Below are positions 9,967 through 20,727 of a DNA stretch of 64,000 nucleotides, one piece after another. The notes under the pieces were generated by a model. The model was not told the DNA's origin, searched no databases, and saw only the letters and a list, made by a program, of their open reading frames with translations. Where the stretch lies: the IMG/VR virus record IMGVR_UViG_3300026478_000449, one strand, 5' to 3'. The position numbers and the translations under genes are program-made. Position 1 is the stretch's first letter; every line of letters begins with the position of its first letter. This DNA is from a virus.

Positions 9967-9995
9967 TTTGACTTTGCTAAATAAAAAGCGCATAA
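9967..9995 (+). promoter_or_regulatory. sigma70-type promoter upstream of gene 32
   Basis: TTGACT-N17-CATAAT about 60 nt upstream of the SSB start. Confidence 0.5.
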
Positions 9996-10053
9996 TAGTT
10001 GTTATGCGATAGGCATAAAGTCATTTACATTAAAGGCATAAGGAGGCTATAAA

Positions 10054-11064
10054 ATGGCAACATTAGCAGAAATTCGTGCAAAACTTCAAGAAGCACAAGG
10101 CAAGTCCACAGGACAATCAACAGGCGGCGGCGATAACGCAATTTACCCACACTGGAATATGCAGGAAGGTAAAGAAGCCGTAGTACGTTTTCTACCAGAC
10201 GGTAACCCAAACAACACTTTCTTTTGGGTAGAGCGTGCAATGATCAAACTCCCATTTGCAGGTATTAAAGGTGAAACAGATTCACGTCCAGTTCAAGTAC
10301 AGGTTCCCTGTGTTGAAATGTACAACGATGGTTCAGTTTGTCCTATTCTATCTGAAGTGCGTGGTTGGTTTAAAGACAAATCACTAGAAGAAATGGGTCG
10401 TAAATATTGGAAGAAGCGTTCATACATTTTCCAAGGCTTTGTAGTTGAAGATGCACTCAAAGAAGATAATACACCAGACAATCCGATTCGTAGATTCATT
10501 ATCGGTCCTCAGATTTTCCAAACTATTAAATCTGCTCTTATGGACCCTGAGTTGGAAGAATTGCCAACTGACTACCTCCGTGGTGTAGATTTCCGTATTG
10601 CTAAAACCAGCAAAGGCGGATTTGCTGACTACTCTACTTCAAAGTGGAGCCGTCGTGAACGTTCAATTTCTGATGCAGATAAGGCAGCGATTGAACAATT
10701 TGGTTTGTTTAATCTATCAGACTTCCTACCTAAGAAGCCGACAGACGTTGAACTCAAGGTTATGAAAGAAATGTTTGAAGCGTCAGTTGACGGTGAAGCA
10801 TATGATATGGACCGTTGGGGACAATACTTCAAACCAGCAGGTATGGGTCAAGCAACTGGTGATCCTAACAAAGCAGCCGCTCCGGCAGCTCGCGTTAGCG
10901 CACCTGCTCCTCAAACATCTAGTGAAGAAGATCTTCCTTGGGAAGATTCTGCTCCTGCAGAAGCACCTGCTCCAAAGGCAGCACCTGCTCCAGCAGCCGG
11001 CGGTGAAAACGCATCACGTGCTCAAGACATCTTGGCAATGATTCGTAATCGTCAAAAGCAATAA
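10054..11064 (+). CDS. 32: single-stranded DNA-binding protein (T4 gp32-like)
   Basis: EAVVRFLPDG matches T4 gp32 QAVIRFLPSK; Cys/His zinc-site region; Ala/Pro-rich acidic C-terminal tail; AAGGAGG RBS. Confidence 0.8.
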   Translation: MATLAEIRAKLQEAQGKSTGQSTGGGDNAIYPHWNMQEGKEAVVRFLPDGNPNNTFFWVERAMIKLPFAGIKGETDSRPVQVQVPCVEMYNDGSVCPILSEVRGWFKDKSLEEMGRKYWKKRSYIFQGFVVEDALKEDNTPDNPIRRFIIGPQIFQTIKSALMDPELEELPTDYLRGVDFRIAKTSKGGFADYSTSKWSRRERSISDADKAAIEQFGLFNLSDFLPKKPTDVELKVMKEMFEASVDGEAYDMDRWGQYFKPAGMGQATGDPNKAAAPAARVSAPAPQTSSEEDLPWEDSAPAEAPAPKAAPAPAAGGENASRAQDILAMIRNRQKQ

Positions 11065-11132
11065 TCAACACGGCTCGGGCCACTGTGACTTAGTCATACG
11101 CCCGGGCTCTCTTCACTATTTAGGAGATAATA

Positions 11133-11321
11133 ATGAAACTAGACAAACTAACAAAAGTAAATGAGTCAATTACTATCAATCGTTACGACAACGGTTGGAT
11201 GGTTGAAATTGGCGGCAGAAATAAAAAAGAAGATTGGGCAAATACCAAGACCCTTTGCAACACAGAAGAAGAAGTAATCACTCTAATTAAAGAGTGGAAT
11301 AAACTACCATTGGATCAATAA
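11133..11321 (+). CDS. hypothetical protein (62 aa)
   Basis: AGGAGA RBS. Confidence 0.4.
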   Translation: MKLDKLTKVNESITINRYDNGWMVEIGGRNKKEDWANTKTLCNTEEEVITLIKEWNKLPLDQ

Positions 11322-11323
11322 TT

Positions 11324-12400
11324 ATGGCAAAAGCATTTGATATTTCTAAATTTAGAAAGTCAATTACTAAGTCTATTGACGGTCTTAGTATTGGCTTTAA
11401 CGACCCTACTGATTGGGTCAGCACAGGCAATTTTGCCTTAAACTATTTGATCAGCGGCGATTTCCATAAAGGGGTTCCGTTGGGAAAAGTGACTGTATTT
11501 GCCGGTGAATCAGGTGCAGGTAAATCATATATCTGTTCCGGTAACCTTATCAAGGCAGCACAGGCACAGGGAATTTATCCTATCTTGATCGATACAGAAA
11601 ATGCTCTTGACGAAGATTGGCTCAAGGCATTAGGCGTCGATACTTCAGAAGATAAGTTGCTAAAACTTAATATGGCAATGATCGATGATGTAGCAAAGAC
11701 CATTACAGAATTTGTTGCTGAATATAAAACAATGCCAGAGGATACTCGTCCTAAAGTATTGTTTATCCTTGACTCTTTAGGTATGTTGCTTACTCCAACA
11801 GATGTTAATCAGTTTGAAGCAGGTGATTTGAAAGGCGATATGGGTCGTAAGCCTAAGGCATTGACAGCACTTGTTCGTAACTGTGTTAATATGTTTGGAT
11901 CACTTAACATTGGCCTGGTTGCAACTAATCACACATACGCTTCACAAGATATGTTTGATCCAGATGACAAGATTTCAGGTGGTCAGGGCTTTATCTACGC
12001 TAGCTCTATTGTAGTTGCTATGCGTAAGTTAAAGTTAAAAGAAGATGAAGATGGTAACAAGATTTCAGAAGTTAAGGGTATTCGTGCCGCTTGTAAGATT
12101 ATGAAAACTCGTTATGCTAAACCATTTGAAAGTGTACAAGTGAAGATTCCTTATGAAACAGGTATGAATCCATATAGTGGACTGGTAGATCTGGCAGAAG
12201 AAAAAGGTCTTCTAAAGAAAGAAGGTAACAGTCTTGTTTACACAACTAAAGATGGTGAAATCATCAAACAGTTCCGCAAAGCCTGGGAAAGAAATGAAAA
12301 TGGTGGCTTAGATGCTATTATGTCTGACATTTCAAAACATGGTGAAAATTCCGTTTCTGAGATAACTACTAATGTCGAACCTGAAACGGAGAGCGTATAA
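11324..12400 (+). CDS. uvsX: UvsX recombinase (RecA-like)
   Basis: Walker A GESGAGKS, ILDSLG, ATNHTY (T4 AINHTY), DPYSGLVDLA (T4 DPYSGLLDMA). Confidence 0.85.
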   Translation: MAKAFDISKFRKSITKSIDGLSIGFNDPTDWVSTGNFALNYLISGDFHKGVPLGKVTVFAGESGAGKSYICSGNLIKAAQAQGIYPILIDTENALDEDWLKALGVDTSEDKLLKLNMAMIDDVAKTITEFVAEYKTMPEDTRPKVLFILDSLGMLLTPTDVNQFEAGDLKGDMGRKPKALTALVRNCVNMFGSLNIGLVATNHTYASQDMFDPDDKISGGQGFIYASSIVVAMRKLKLKEDEDGNKISEVKGIRAACKIMKTRYAKPFESVQVKIPYETGMNPYSGLVDLAEEKGLLKKEGNSLVYTTKDGEIIKQFRKAWERNENGGLDAIMSDISKHGENSVSEITTNVEPETESV

Positions 12401-12645
12401 TGAAAGAAGACTTAATTGCAGATCTTTGGTCTGTTGTTGTTGAGGTAATTCCAGAAAAACAACGTGCCAATGTGGCAGCAGACTTTGTCAACACTTTAAT
12501 GGACTATGGTATTAAAGAATCAACTTTAGATAGTCTATTAGGGGTTGACCCTTACCTAGATAATGCTATAGAATATGTTATCGATGGTGAGGAGATTGAA
12601 AGTGATGAGGAAGAAAATTACGGTTACGATGACGACGAGGAATAA
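12400..12645 (+). CDS. acidic hypothetical protein (81 aa)
   Basis: ATAATG stop-start overlap with uvsX; C-terminal EESDEEENYGYDDDEE tail. Confidence 0.4.
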   Translation: MKEDLIADLWSVVVEVIPEKQRANVAADFVNTLMDYGIKESTLDSLLGVDPYLDNAIEYVIDGEEIESDEEENYGYDDDEE

Positions 12646-13101
12646 ATGAATTGGTATGATCGAGTTTCAAAGGATATTTCAAATATTCCAGATGCTGTGG
12701 CTTATTATGAAGCCCAATTAACTGAGGCAAAACAAGATGCCCGTATAGCGGGGAACATCGAGAAAGCGTCTGCGCAGATGCCCGGCATTGTTGAAAATCG
12801 ATTTAATCAACTTCAAGAAATTGAAGCAATTTTAGAATACCTAAACATTGAACTTCGTCGGCTTCGTAGTCAACATTTTCGTAAGTATCTTGAAAACTAT
12901 CAACGTAGCCTCTCCTCTAGAGATTGTGAAAAATTTGTAGAGGGCGAGGCCGACGTTGTAGACTTTGAAAAAATTATCAATGACTTTGCCCTACTTAGAA
13001 ATAAGTGGTTGGGTATTATCAAAGCATTAGATCAAAAACAATGGCATCTAAGCAACATTGTTAAACTACGTGTAGCTGGTTTAGAAGACGCTACTCTTTA
13101 A
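12646..13101 (+). CDS. hypothetical protein (UvsY-like mediator candidate by size/position)
   Basis: 151 aa helical protein directly after uvsX; no clear alignment to T4 UvsY. Confidence 0.25.
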   Translation: MNWYDRVSKDISNIPDAVAYYEAQLTEAKQDARIAGNIEKASAQMPGIVENRFNQLQEIEAILEYLNIELRRLRSQHFRKYLENYQRSLSSRDCEKFVEGEADVVDFEKIINDFALLRNKWLGIIKALDQKQWHLSNIVKLRVAGLEDATL

Positions 13102-13892
13102 AACCTCATACCAGGAAATACAGTTTTCTTAACCTGGTTATTATCGTGATCCATAGTTTTAAATAAATCAAATGGTAGATCTAATTGTTTGCATAGGTCT
13201 GCCATTGCTTTTGTGTCTTTAGGCAAACACATTCCTCCATACCCTCGCATTTCTGGTCCGCAGCTAAGATAATCAGGACTTGATGTTTTTCTTAATAAAA
13301 AAGTTTCTAATACTTTGTCGTAGTCTGAATTTAGTTTATCACAGACTTCGTACATAACGTTTGCAAATACTACTCGCAAAGCATTAAAAGTGTTTGAATA
13401 ATACTTTAATATCTCTGCTTCAGTGGGCGTCATTCTAACTGTATTCTTAGGAAGCCAAGAATGTGCTTCACAGACCTTGTGCCAGGACCTGTCTGTATAA
13501 CATCCTACTGCTAGTACATCGTGATTTCTTACAAAATCTTCTAGGGCAGATCGTTCTCTTAAAAATTCAGGAACAAAGCAAATATCTTTATCATTATATT
13601 TTTCAATTATAGATTGTGTGGTTCCTGGCACCGATGTTGATTTAAGAGCGATCACACCCTGATATTTTAAATTTTTTAAATTAGATATTGTTTGATGCAC
13701 AATTGACAAATCGCATTCGCCATTTTCACCCGACGGTGTTGGCACACAAACAAATACAATTTCAGTATCCAATACACTATCGATAGTTGTATTAAATTTA
13801 GGATCGTGTTTAGTTACATCGTGTCCTAACATCTTAAATCCTTCACCAACAGCACTACCTACTGCTCCCCAACCAATAATTCCTATTTTCAT
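13098..13892 (-). CDS. nucleotide-sugar dehydrogenase family protein (UDP-glucose/GDP-mannose dehydrogenase-like, short form)
   Basis: N-terminal Rossmann MKIGIIGWGAVGSAVG; catalytic-Cys motif GYGGMCLPKD matches the UGDH GGSCFxKD motif. Confidence 0.55.
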   Translation of the reverse strand: MKIGIIGWGAVGSAVGEGFKMLGHDVTKHDPKFNTTIDSVLDTEIVFVCVPTPSGENGECDLSIVHQTISNLKNLKYQGVIALKSTSVPGTTQSIIEKYNDKDICFVPEFLRERSALEDFVRNHDVLAVGCYTDRSWHKVCEAHSWLPKNTVRMTPTEAEILKYYSNTFNALRVVFANVMYEVCDKLNSDYDKVLETFLLRKTSSPDYLSCGPEMRGYGGMCLPKDTKAMADLCKQLDLPFDLFKTMDHDNNQVKKTVFPGMRF

Positions 13893-14746
13893 ATTAAGCT
13901 CTCAACAGTTTTCTTTAATCCGTCTTTCAATGATGTATATTCTGTAAATCCGGTTAATTTTTTCATCAGGGTAGTATCGGGGCAACGTCTTTTTGCACTA
14001 CCTTTTGGACCTGGAAGTATTTCTAATTTCTCCGGATCTACTCCCATTATGTCTAAAATAATTCTTGCTACTTCAGCAATTTCATTTTCTTCTTGTCTGC
14101 CTACGTTAACTATATAATTTTTATTATTTGTCACTAGTCTATGAGTTATTTCAACAGCATCGTCGATATAACAAAAACTTCTTGTATCATTGCCTTTGAT
14201 ATAATACTCACCTTTGGCAACACGTTCAACAAATTCGCTGATGAAATGATCTACCTGACCAGGACCGTAGATATTAAAGTATCTAATAATTAACCAATCT
14301 AATCCAGAATTAGCAACTAAGTTTTCTCCTAGTGCTTTTGGTAAACTATAGCTCCAGCGAGGATTGATCACATCTTCAAACATCACAGGAACTGATTCAT
14401 CAGTGGGAACTGGATATAGTCCTTTATCAATAGCACCATTAAAAATTTCACAAGTGCTTGTAAAAACAAATTTAGTATCTGTACCTTTATATCTATTAAT
14501 TAAATTAAATGTTGGTAAAGTATTATTAAATGCAACTTCAGTTGGTTTTTCGTAGAACAGTTTGGTTCCATTGGTCGCGGCCATATGAACAACGACATCA
14601 CAATTTGGAGAAGAATTTGTTATGTCTGGTAAACAAAGGTCTTGGCCTTCTCTTTTATCAAATACTACGGTTTCGTGTTTATCTTTAATTAAATTATAAT
14701 AATGGCTACCAATAAATCCTCTATGGCCTGTAAGTAATATTTTCAT
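13889..14746 (-). CDS. NAD-dependent sugar epimerase/dehydratase (extended SDR)
   Basis: MKILLTGHRGFIGS (GxxGxxG) and YSLPK (YxxxK). Confidence 0.6.
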   Translation of the reverse strand: MKILLTGHRGFIGSHYYNLIKDKHETVVFDKREGQDLCLPDITNSSPNCDVVVHMAATNGTKLFYEKPTEVAFNNTLPTFNLINRYKGTDTKFVFTSTCEIFNGAIDKGLYPVPTDESVPVMFEDVINPRWSYSLPKALGENLVANSGLDWLIIRYFNIYGPGQVDHFISEFVERVAKGEYYIKGNDTRSFCYIDDAVEITHRLVTNNKNYIVNVGRQEENEIAEVARIILDIMGVDPEKLEILPGPKGSAKRRCPDTTLMKKLTGFTEYTSLKDGLKKTVESLI

Positions 14747-14794
14747 AGAAATATTTATCGACTAAATATGAGCAGTTAATAGAATTGGACTACA

Positions 14795-15535
14795 ATGCGA
14801 TCTTTTAGAGTAGTGACTACACAACATAAACCTTACTATGACCTTATCGGTAAGGAATGTATTCAATCCTTTTTGAAATATTGGCCTAAAGAGGTTTCAA
14901 TCGAATTATGGGCAGAAAATTTTGAACCCGACATAACAGACCCTAGATTAATAATTAAAGATTTTAATAAAATAAATCCTAGATTTGAAAACTTTAAACA
15001 ATTAATGTTTTCGTCAACAACAAATGACAAAGTATTATCTAAGAAAACATTTTGGCTAAAAGGACACGTAGTTTTAACAGCTCTTGAAACTTTTGATTCC
15101 GATGTGTTTATATGGTTAGACAGTGATGTAATAACTCATAATTATGTTACCATTGAATATTTGAATTCTTTAATTCCAGAAGACACATTAGCTGTTGATG
15201 TTCCTGCAGGAGGAAAAGGTCGTGATAAAGAAGCAGAAACAGGATTTTTTGGATTAAATCTAAAAATGAAAGAATCAAAATCTGTTATCGATTACTATAG
15301 AGAATATCATACAACACTAAAAATGTTAGATACACCTAGATATATGGAAACATCCGTATGGTGGTCGGCTATAAAAAATTCAGGTGCAAAAGCTAATCAT
15401 TTAAAAACATCTAAGGATCATTTGATGCCGTTTATGTATACTGAATTAGCTCAATATATGCGTCATTGGGTAGCACAAAAAAATAAGGCTAATTATTCTA
15501 AAGGCAGCAGAGAAAAAACTCAGGAAGAACAATGA
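14795..15535 (+). CDS. DxD nucleotide-sugar transferase-like protein (paralog family A, copy 1)
   Basis: Shares N-terminal ...Y.LIGK.C...FLK.WP... and D.FIWLDSDV motif with 18369, 19978 and 20703(-). Confidence 0.45.
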   Translation: MRSFRVVTTQHKPYYDLIGKECIQSFLKYWPKEVSIELWAENFEPDITDPRLIIKDFNKINPRFENFKQLMFSSTTNDKVLSKKTFWLKGHVVLTALETFDSDVFIWLDSDVITHNYVTIEYLNSLIPEDTLAVDVPAGGKGRDKEAETGFFGLNLKMKESKSVIDYYREYHTTLKMLDTPRYMETSVWWSAIKNSGAKANHLKTSKDHLMPFMYTELAQYMRHWVAQKNKANYSKGSREKTQEEQ

Positions 15536-16110
15536 AATCAACAGCCCAAGCATATCAAGATTTATTCGTATATTCTTTATTCGGTAATAATGGAACATAC
15601 ATTGAAGTTGGTGCTCATAAACCAATAAAAAACAGTAACACTTATAATTTAGAAGTAACGTGCGGCTGGAAAGGATTTGGCATAGAATTCAATGATTCTT
15701 TAAAAGAGTTTTGGGAAAAATCTCCTGAAAGAAAAAATAAAATTTATTGGGAAGATGCATTGACATTTAATTACATCAATGCATTAACAGAAAATCTTTT
15801 ACCAACACACATAAATTATTTGTCTTGTGATATAGAACCTCCAGAAAATACATTTAATGCTCTTAAGAATATTGTTGGTCAAGGAATTACTTTTGATATA
15901 ATTACATTTGAACACGATTTATATAATTCAACAGTTGACTATAATTTAATTGCTACTGAGTTTTTATTAAACAACGGGTATAAAGTAGCAGTTACCGATG
16001 TATATTATAAAAAAGAAGAAAATTTATTCGAAACATGGTTTTTAAAAGACAACATAGAATTTAAAACTTGTTCGTTTAATGAATGGAAAGAAAGAACAAA
16101 TTTGTTATGA
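15532..16110 (+). CDS. FkbM-type methyltransferase-like protein
   Basis: GTYIEVGAHKP resembles the FkbM G.F.DVGAN.G block; weak. Confidence 0.3.
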   Translation: MKSTAQAYQDLFVYSLFGNNGTYIEVGAHKPIKNSNTYNLEVTCGWKGFGIEFNDSLKEFWEKSPERKNKIYWEDALTFNYINALTENLLPTHINYLSCDIEPPENTFNALKNIVGQGITFDIITFEHDLYNSTVDYNLIATEFLLNNGYKVAVTDVYYKKEENLFETWFLKDNIEFKTCSFNEWKERTNLL

Positions 16111-16868
16111 AAAAAATTGTTTTAATTACCGGAGGCTTTGATCCTCTACATTCTGGTCATATTGCTTATTTTAAAGCAGCAAAGGCATTGGGTGATATTT
16201 TAGTTGTAGGCGTAAATTCTGACGCTTGGCTAACACGCAAAAAAGGTGCTCCTTTTATGCCTTATATGGAACGTGCATCAATTGTACGGAATATAGTTGG
16301 TGTAGATTTTGTTATAGACTTTAATGACAGTGACGGTAGTGCTAAACACGCCATACAAATGGTGCGTCAAAGTTATCCTCAAGAACGTATTATTTTTGCC
16401 AACGGTGGAGATAGAACCAAAGAAAATATTCCCGAAATGGACATCAAAGACGACAACCTAGAATTTGTGTTTGGTGTTGGCGGAGAAGATAAAAAGAATT
16501 CTAGTTCTTGGATTTTACAGGAATGGAAAGCACCTAAGACTGAACGTCAATGGGGTTACTATCGTGTTCTGCACGAAGTTCCTGGAATGAAAGTTAAGGA
16601 ACTAACAGTTAATCCAGGTTGCAAATTATCAATGCAAAGACATAAGTATCGTTCAGAATATTGGATAGTGAGTGAAGGTAGAGCCGATGTTAACAAAATG
16701 ATGGACAGCGGTTACTCGTTGCCGACTGCTAGATTAGAATTGCACGACGAAGAAGATATTCCAGTCGGACAATGGCACCAATTAACAAACCCTTACGATG
16801 TGCCTTGTAGAATTGTAGAAATTCAATACGGTGAGCGTTGCGAAGAAGAGGACATAGAAAGAAAATGA
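16107..16868 (+). CDS. sugar-phosphate nucleotidyltransferase (HIGH-motif cytidylyltransferase fold) fused to MPI-type cupin
   Basis: ITGGFDPLHSGH (TagD/RfaE-II-like GxFDxxHxGH); C-terminal WGYYRVLH...PGCKLSMQRHKYRSEYWIV...GQWHQLTN cupin; track start 16083 also possible. Confidence 0.5.
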   Translation: MKKIVLITGGFDPLHSGHIAYFKAAKALGDILVVGVNSDAWLTRKKGAPFMPYMERASIVRNIVGVDFVIDFNDSDGSAKHAIQMVRQSYPQERIIFANGGDRTKENIPEMDIKDDNLEFVFGVGGEDKKNSSSWILQEWKAPKTERQWGYYRVLHEVPGMKVKELTVNPGCKLSMQRHKYRSEYWIVSEGRADVNKMMDSGYSLPTARLELHDEEDIPVGQWHQLTNPYDVPCRIVEIQYGERCEEEDIERK

Positions 16869-17545
16869 TTAGAATATTCATTGGGTACGATCCTCGTGAA
16901 GCCGTGGCGTTTCACGTGTGTTCGAACAGTATTATTAGACAGGCTAGTTGCCCTGTTAGTATTACTCCCCTGGCGTTGAATACATTCAATGAGTACAAAG
17001 AAACACACAGCGATGGTAGTAATCAATTTATCTACTCTAGATTCTTAACACCTGCCCTATCGGACTTTATGGGCTGGGCTATATTTGTCGACGGCGATAT
17101 GATTTTAAGAGATGATATTTTAAAATTATGGAATCTAAGAGACGAGTCAAAGGCAGTAATGGTAGTCAAACACGACTATAAAACTAAGATGACAGAAAAA
17201 TATCTAGGCAGTAAGAACGAAGACTATCCTAGAAAAAATTGGTCTAGTGTTATCTTATGGAATTGCAGCCATCCTAAAAATAGAATCTTAACACCTAACT
17301 TCATTGAAAAATCTACAGGTGCACAGCTACATAGATTTACTTGGTTAGAAGACAATGACATTGGCGAATTGCCTAAAGAATGGAACTGGCTGGATGTCGA
17401 ATATGATTATAACCCAGATGCAAAATTAGTTCATTATACGTTAGGTACACCTTGCTTCCACGAATTTGCACATCAAGGAAGTTTTTCAGGCGAATGGCAT
17501 CTTGAAAGAATTTATGCAGATTGGTGTCAACAAAGGAATCTATGA
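16865..17545 (+). CDS. GT8-like glycosyltransferase
   Basis: AIFVDGDMIL DxD block and WSSVILWN resemble the GT8 (glycogenin/LPS glycosyltransferase) signature; ATGA overlap start. Confidence 0.45.
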   Translation: MIRIFIGYDPREAVAFHVCSNSIIRQASCPVSITPLALNTFNEYKETHSDGSNQFIYSRFLTPALSDFMGWAIFVDGDMILRDDILKLWNLRDESKAVMVVKHDYKTKMTEKYLGSKNEDYPRKNWSSVILWNCSHPKNRILTPNFIEKSTGAQLHRFTWLEDNDIGELPKEWNWLDVEYDYNPDAKLVHYTLGTPCFHEFAHQGSFSGEWHLERIYADWCQQRNL

Positions 17546-18372
17546 ACAATTGGTTATTTTTAAGCAAAGACGGCCAGGACGAATATATTAATATGTTTGC
17601 TATCGGCACCGGAGGAAGAGTGGTGTCGACTGAAGATTTTATCTTTGAAGATTCCGAAGATCCTATTGTGATGAGAGGAATATTAAAAAAGAAAATAATT
17701 CAACAATGCTGGCGTGAACAACGAGATTTTTATTTTATTGACACTGGATATTTAGGAAATCAAAAAAGTCCTGTAAATCCAATGGGTTGGAAATACTATC
17801 ATAGAATTGTAAAAAACGATTTGCAATACGAAGGAGATATAATTCCTAGACCTAATGATAGATTTAAACAGTTAGCTATTCCGATTAGCGATTGGAAAAA
17901 AGGCGGAAGAAAAGTTTTAATTGCTGCACCCGATGAAAAACCTATGAGGTTCTACGGATTAGATCGAGAACAATGGTTGGAAGAAACTATAGAAACAATT
18001 AAGAAATATACCGATAGACCGATTGTTGTTAGGGATAGAGTTAAGAGTAGATTAGATCGTGTAATTCATAATACACTAAAAGAAGCACTCGATGACGATG
18101 TTCATTGCCTAGTTACTTTTAATAGTAATTCTGCAACTGAGTCAGTCCTACACGGAATACCAGCATTTATACTTGCTCCAAGCCATGCGGCTAGTCCAGT
18201 AACATTAAGAGACTTAAGCAAGATTGAAAATCCGTATTATGCAGACAAGGATAAAGTTTATGCTTGGGCTTGTCATCTAGCATATCTGCAATATCATAAC
18301 AACGAACTTAGAGATGGTTCTGCAAAAAAGATGTTAGAAGAAACATATGAGTTAATAAAGGAACATAGATGA
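17542..18372 (+). CDS. GT-B-like transferase (paralog family B, copy 1)
   Basis: Paralogous to 19049 and 21948; C-terminal NSNSATESVLHGIPAFIL resembles the GT-B sugar-donor-binding half. Confidence 0.4.
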   Translation: MNNWLFLSKDGQDEYINMFAIGTGGRVVSTEDFIFEDSEDPIVMRGILKKKIIQQCWREQRDFYFIDTGYLGNQKSPVNPMGWKYYHRIVKNDLQYEGDIIPRPNDRFKQLAIPISDWKKGGRKVLIAAPDEKPMRFYGLDREQWLEETIETIKKYTDRPIVVRDRVKSRLDRVIHNTLKEALDDDVHCLVTFNSNSATESVLHGIPAFILAPSHAASPVTLRDLSKIENPYYADKDKVYAWACHLAYLQYHNNELRDGSAKKMLEETYELIKEHR

Positions 18373-19052
18373 ACTTAAATTTTATTACCAGTCTTTCTAA
18401 AGAATATTGGGAAGGAACAGGAAAATTTTGTCTAAAGACTTGGAAAAATTTTCCAGGCACAGTGACAGTTTATATCGATCAACAAGAAGGTGACATAGCC
18501 TGGATCAATGAACTACCATCATCCTTTGTTAAAAAATTAGTTCGTGTTCCTAATCTAAATTTAGAAGATAGAGATTCTACAAAAATTAGAAAATTCTGGG
18601 GTAAAGCCTGCGCCCAGATATCTGCAATGAGAGAACGAGGTAAAGATGAAAGAATAGTTTGGATAGATGCTGACGTTGAACAAACAGCATCCACTTTACC
18701 AGAATCTATTTTTTCTTTTAGTTTTATGGAACCAATTGCAATGTTAAACTCCGGTGACGGCGAAGACTGTTGGGAATCCGGCATAGTTGTTTTTAATCAA
18801 ACTGCCGATAAGATCGATTTGGTTGTTAGAAAATATGAAAATATGTATCTAAATCAAGATAACTTGTTTAGTCTATGGAAACCTTACGATGCACAGGCAT
18901 TAGGTGCTGTGGCAATGGAAAGAGGATTTTTAAATTTATGCAAGAAAAAATGTCCTAATGCAGAAGCATTAGCTAATAGTCACTTTGCTCCATATTTTAA
19001 ACATTGGATTAATAAAGATAATAAAAAATTATTAATTGAAAAGAATAAATGA
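18369..19052 (+). CDS. DxD nucleotide-sugar transferase-like protein (family A, copy 2)
   Basis: RIVWIDADV; conserved N-terminus as copy 1. Confidence 0.45.
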   Translation: MNLNFITSLSKEYWEGTGKFCLKTWKNFPGTVTVYIDQQEGDIAWINELPSSFVKKLVRVPNLNLEDRDSTKIRKFWGKACAQISAMRERGKDERIVWIDADVEQTASTLPESIFSFSFMEPIAMLNSGDGEDCWESGIVVFNQTADKIDLVVRKYENMYLNQDNLFSLWKPYDAQALGAVAMERGFLNLCKKKCPNAEALANSHFAPYFKHWINKDNKKLLIEKNK

Positions 19053-19981
19053 CAACAGTAGCGGTATACCACGGTTCTGTACCAAACAAAAAGAGCCAAG
19101 AAAAAATTGATCTTTTAAGATACTTCTCTGAAGGTGCTAGAAGAACAGGATCAATAGTCTACGACTATCTTGATCACTCTTATCGACCATCGGATGTGGC
19201 CATTATACAAGGTTGGGTCGCTCCCGGTCGGCCAACTGGTAAGCATTTACTCTTAAGAAATACTGTTATTCAACAACAACTTAAAAATAAAAGACACGTA
19301 ATAGGTGTTGACAGCAATTTATTTCTTTATAAAAATAAAGAAAATCCTTTGCATTATCTCAGATACAGTTTTGATGGAATATTTCCTAATACAGGAATTT
19401 ATTGTGATACGGAAATTGATCCATTTCGATGGAAAAAAATTAGTCATAATTTAAAAATTCAACCTAAAGAGTGGAGAACTAACGGAGACCATATTTTGTT
19501 GTTGCTACAAAGAAACGGCGGATGGAGTATGGGAAATCTTGATGTACAAGACTGGGCTAACGATGTTATAGCTCAGGTAAGACAATATTCCGATCGACAC
19601 ATAATTATACGACCACATCCTGGAGATAAAGATGCTATAAATTATCTTAATCCTAGACTAGGTAGATGTAAAATTAAATTTTCTAAAAGAATCACTCTTA
19701 GCTATAATAAAAATTTAGAAGATGATTTAGTAGATTGTTGGGCAGCAATTAATTATAATTCAAGTCCTGCTGTAGGAGCAGCGATTGAAGGTGTTCCTAT
19801 TTTTGTAATGGATCCTGCCCGTAGTCAGTGCGCAGAAATTGCTAATACTGATTTATCTCAAATTGAAAATCCACAAATGCCCTATAGAGACAGATGGCTT
19901 GAACGATTAGCCATGTTTCATTGGAATTTTGACGAACTAAGATCCGGCGAATGCTGGAGCCATATGAAAAAATTTATATGA
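19049..19981 (+). CDS. GT-B-like transferase (family B, copy 2)
   Basis: HIIIRPHPGD and NYNSSPAVGAAIEGVPIFV; the RPHP motif is reminiscent of KpsC/KpsS-type capsule Kdo transferases (tentative). Confidence 0.4.
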   Translation: MTTVAVYHGSVPNKKSQEKIDLLRYFSEGARRTGSIVYDYLDHSYRPSDVAIIQGWVAPGRPTGKHLLLRNTVIQQQLKNKRHVIGVDSNLFLYKNKENPLHYLRYSFDGIFPNTGIYCDTEIDPFRWKKISHNLKIQPKEWRTNGDHILLLLQRNGGWSMGNLDVQDWANDVIAQVRQYSDRHIIIRPHPGDKDAINYLNPRLGRCKIKFSKRITLSYNKNLEDDLVDCWAAINYNSSPAVGAAIEGVPIFVMDPARSQCAEIANTDLSQIENPQMPYRDRWLERLAMFHWNFDELRSGECWSHMKKFI

Positions 19982-20727
19982 AAAAGATTTCTGTTATTAC
20001 AAGTTTTAACGAAAAATATTATGAGTTAATTGGCAAATATTGTGTTGCTACATTTTTAAAAAATTGGCCAACTGACATTAATTTAACCTGTTACGTGGAA
20101 GAAATGTCATTAACTCCCGATCCACGTATTATACAAATTCCTTTTACAGAACTTCCTGTTGAATATTTTGATTTGCAAAAAACAAAATTTAAACAAAGAG
20201 TAAAAACTTTTTCTAAAAAAGGTTATTCTGTAATTCACGCTATGGAAAACATAGATTGCGATCTATTAATATGGATTGATTCTGATGTATTAACACATAC
20301 AGCGGTTCCTAGAGAATTTTTAGAAAATTTATGTTCGTCTAAAGATCTAACTACGTTTATGGGTGTATGGCACGAAGCAAATGACAAAGAATATTTCAGT
20401 TGTGAATCAAGTTTTTTTGTTGTAAACAAAACTCATCAAAATTTTTCATTATTTTCAAAGAGATATCGTGAATATTATGATAATCGATTAACTGAGAATT
20501 TAAGAAGATTCTATGACGGTGAAGTCCTTGGAGCAACTATTAAAGATTTAGAAAAATTAGGAGGTATGAATGAAATTAATCCTAACTTTCACAAAACTCC
20601 GATGCCAAGAACCATACTAAAAGATTATTTTACTCATTTTAAGGCAGGACTAAAAGAAGATGATGACCTTGATACGAGTATTGAAGAATTAATTGGCAAT
20701 ATTCAAACTGTTCCAGTTTGCCAATAA
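19978..20727 (+). CDS. DxD nucleotide-sugar transferase-like protein (family A, copy 3)
   Basis: DLLIWIDSDV; ATGA start overlap; track start 19951. Confidence 0.45.
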   Translation: MKKISVITSFNEKYYELIGKYCVATFLKNWPTDINLTCYVEEMSLTPDPRIIQIPFTELPVEYFDLQKTKFKQRVKTFSKKGYSVIHAMENIDCDLLIWIDSDVLTHTAVPREFLENLCSSKDLTTFMGVWHEANDKEYFSCESSFFVVNKTHQNFSLFSKRYREYYDNRLTENLRRFYDGEVLGATIKDLEKLGGMNEINPNFHKTPMPRTILKDYFTHFKAGLKEDDDLDTSIEELIGNIQTVPVCQ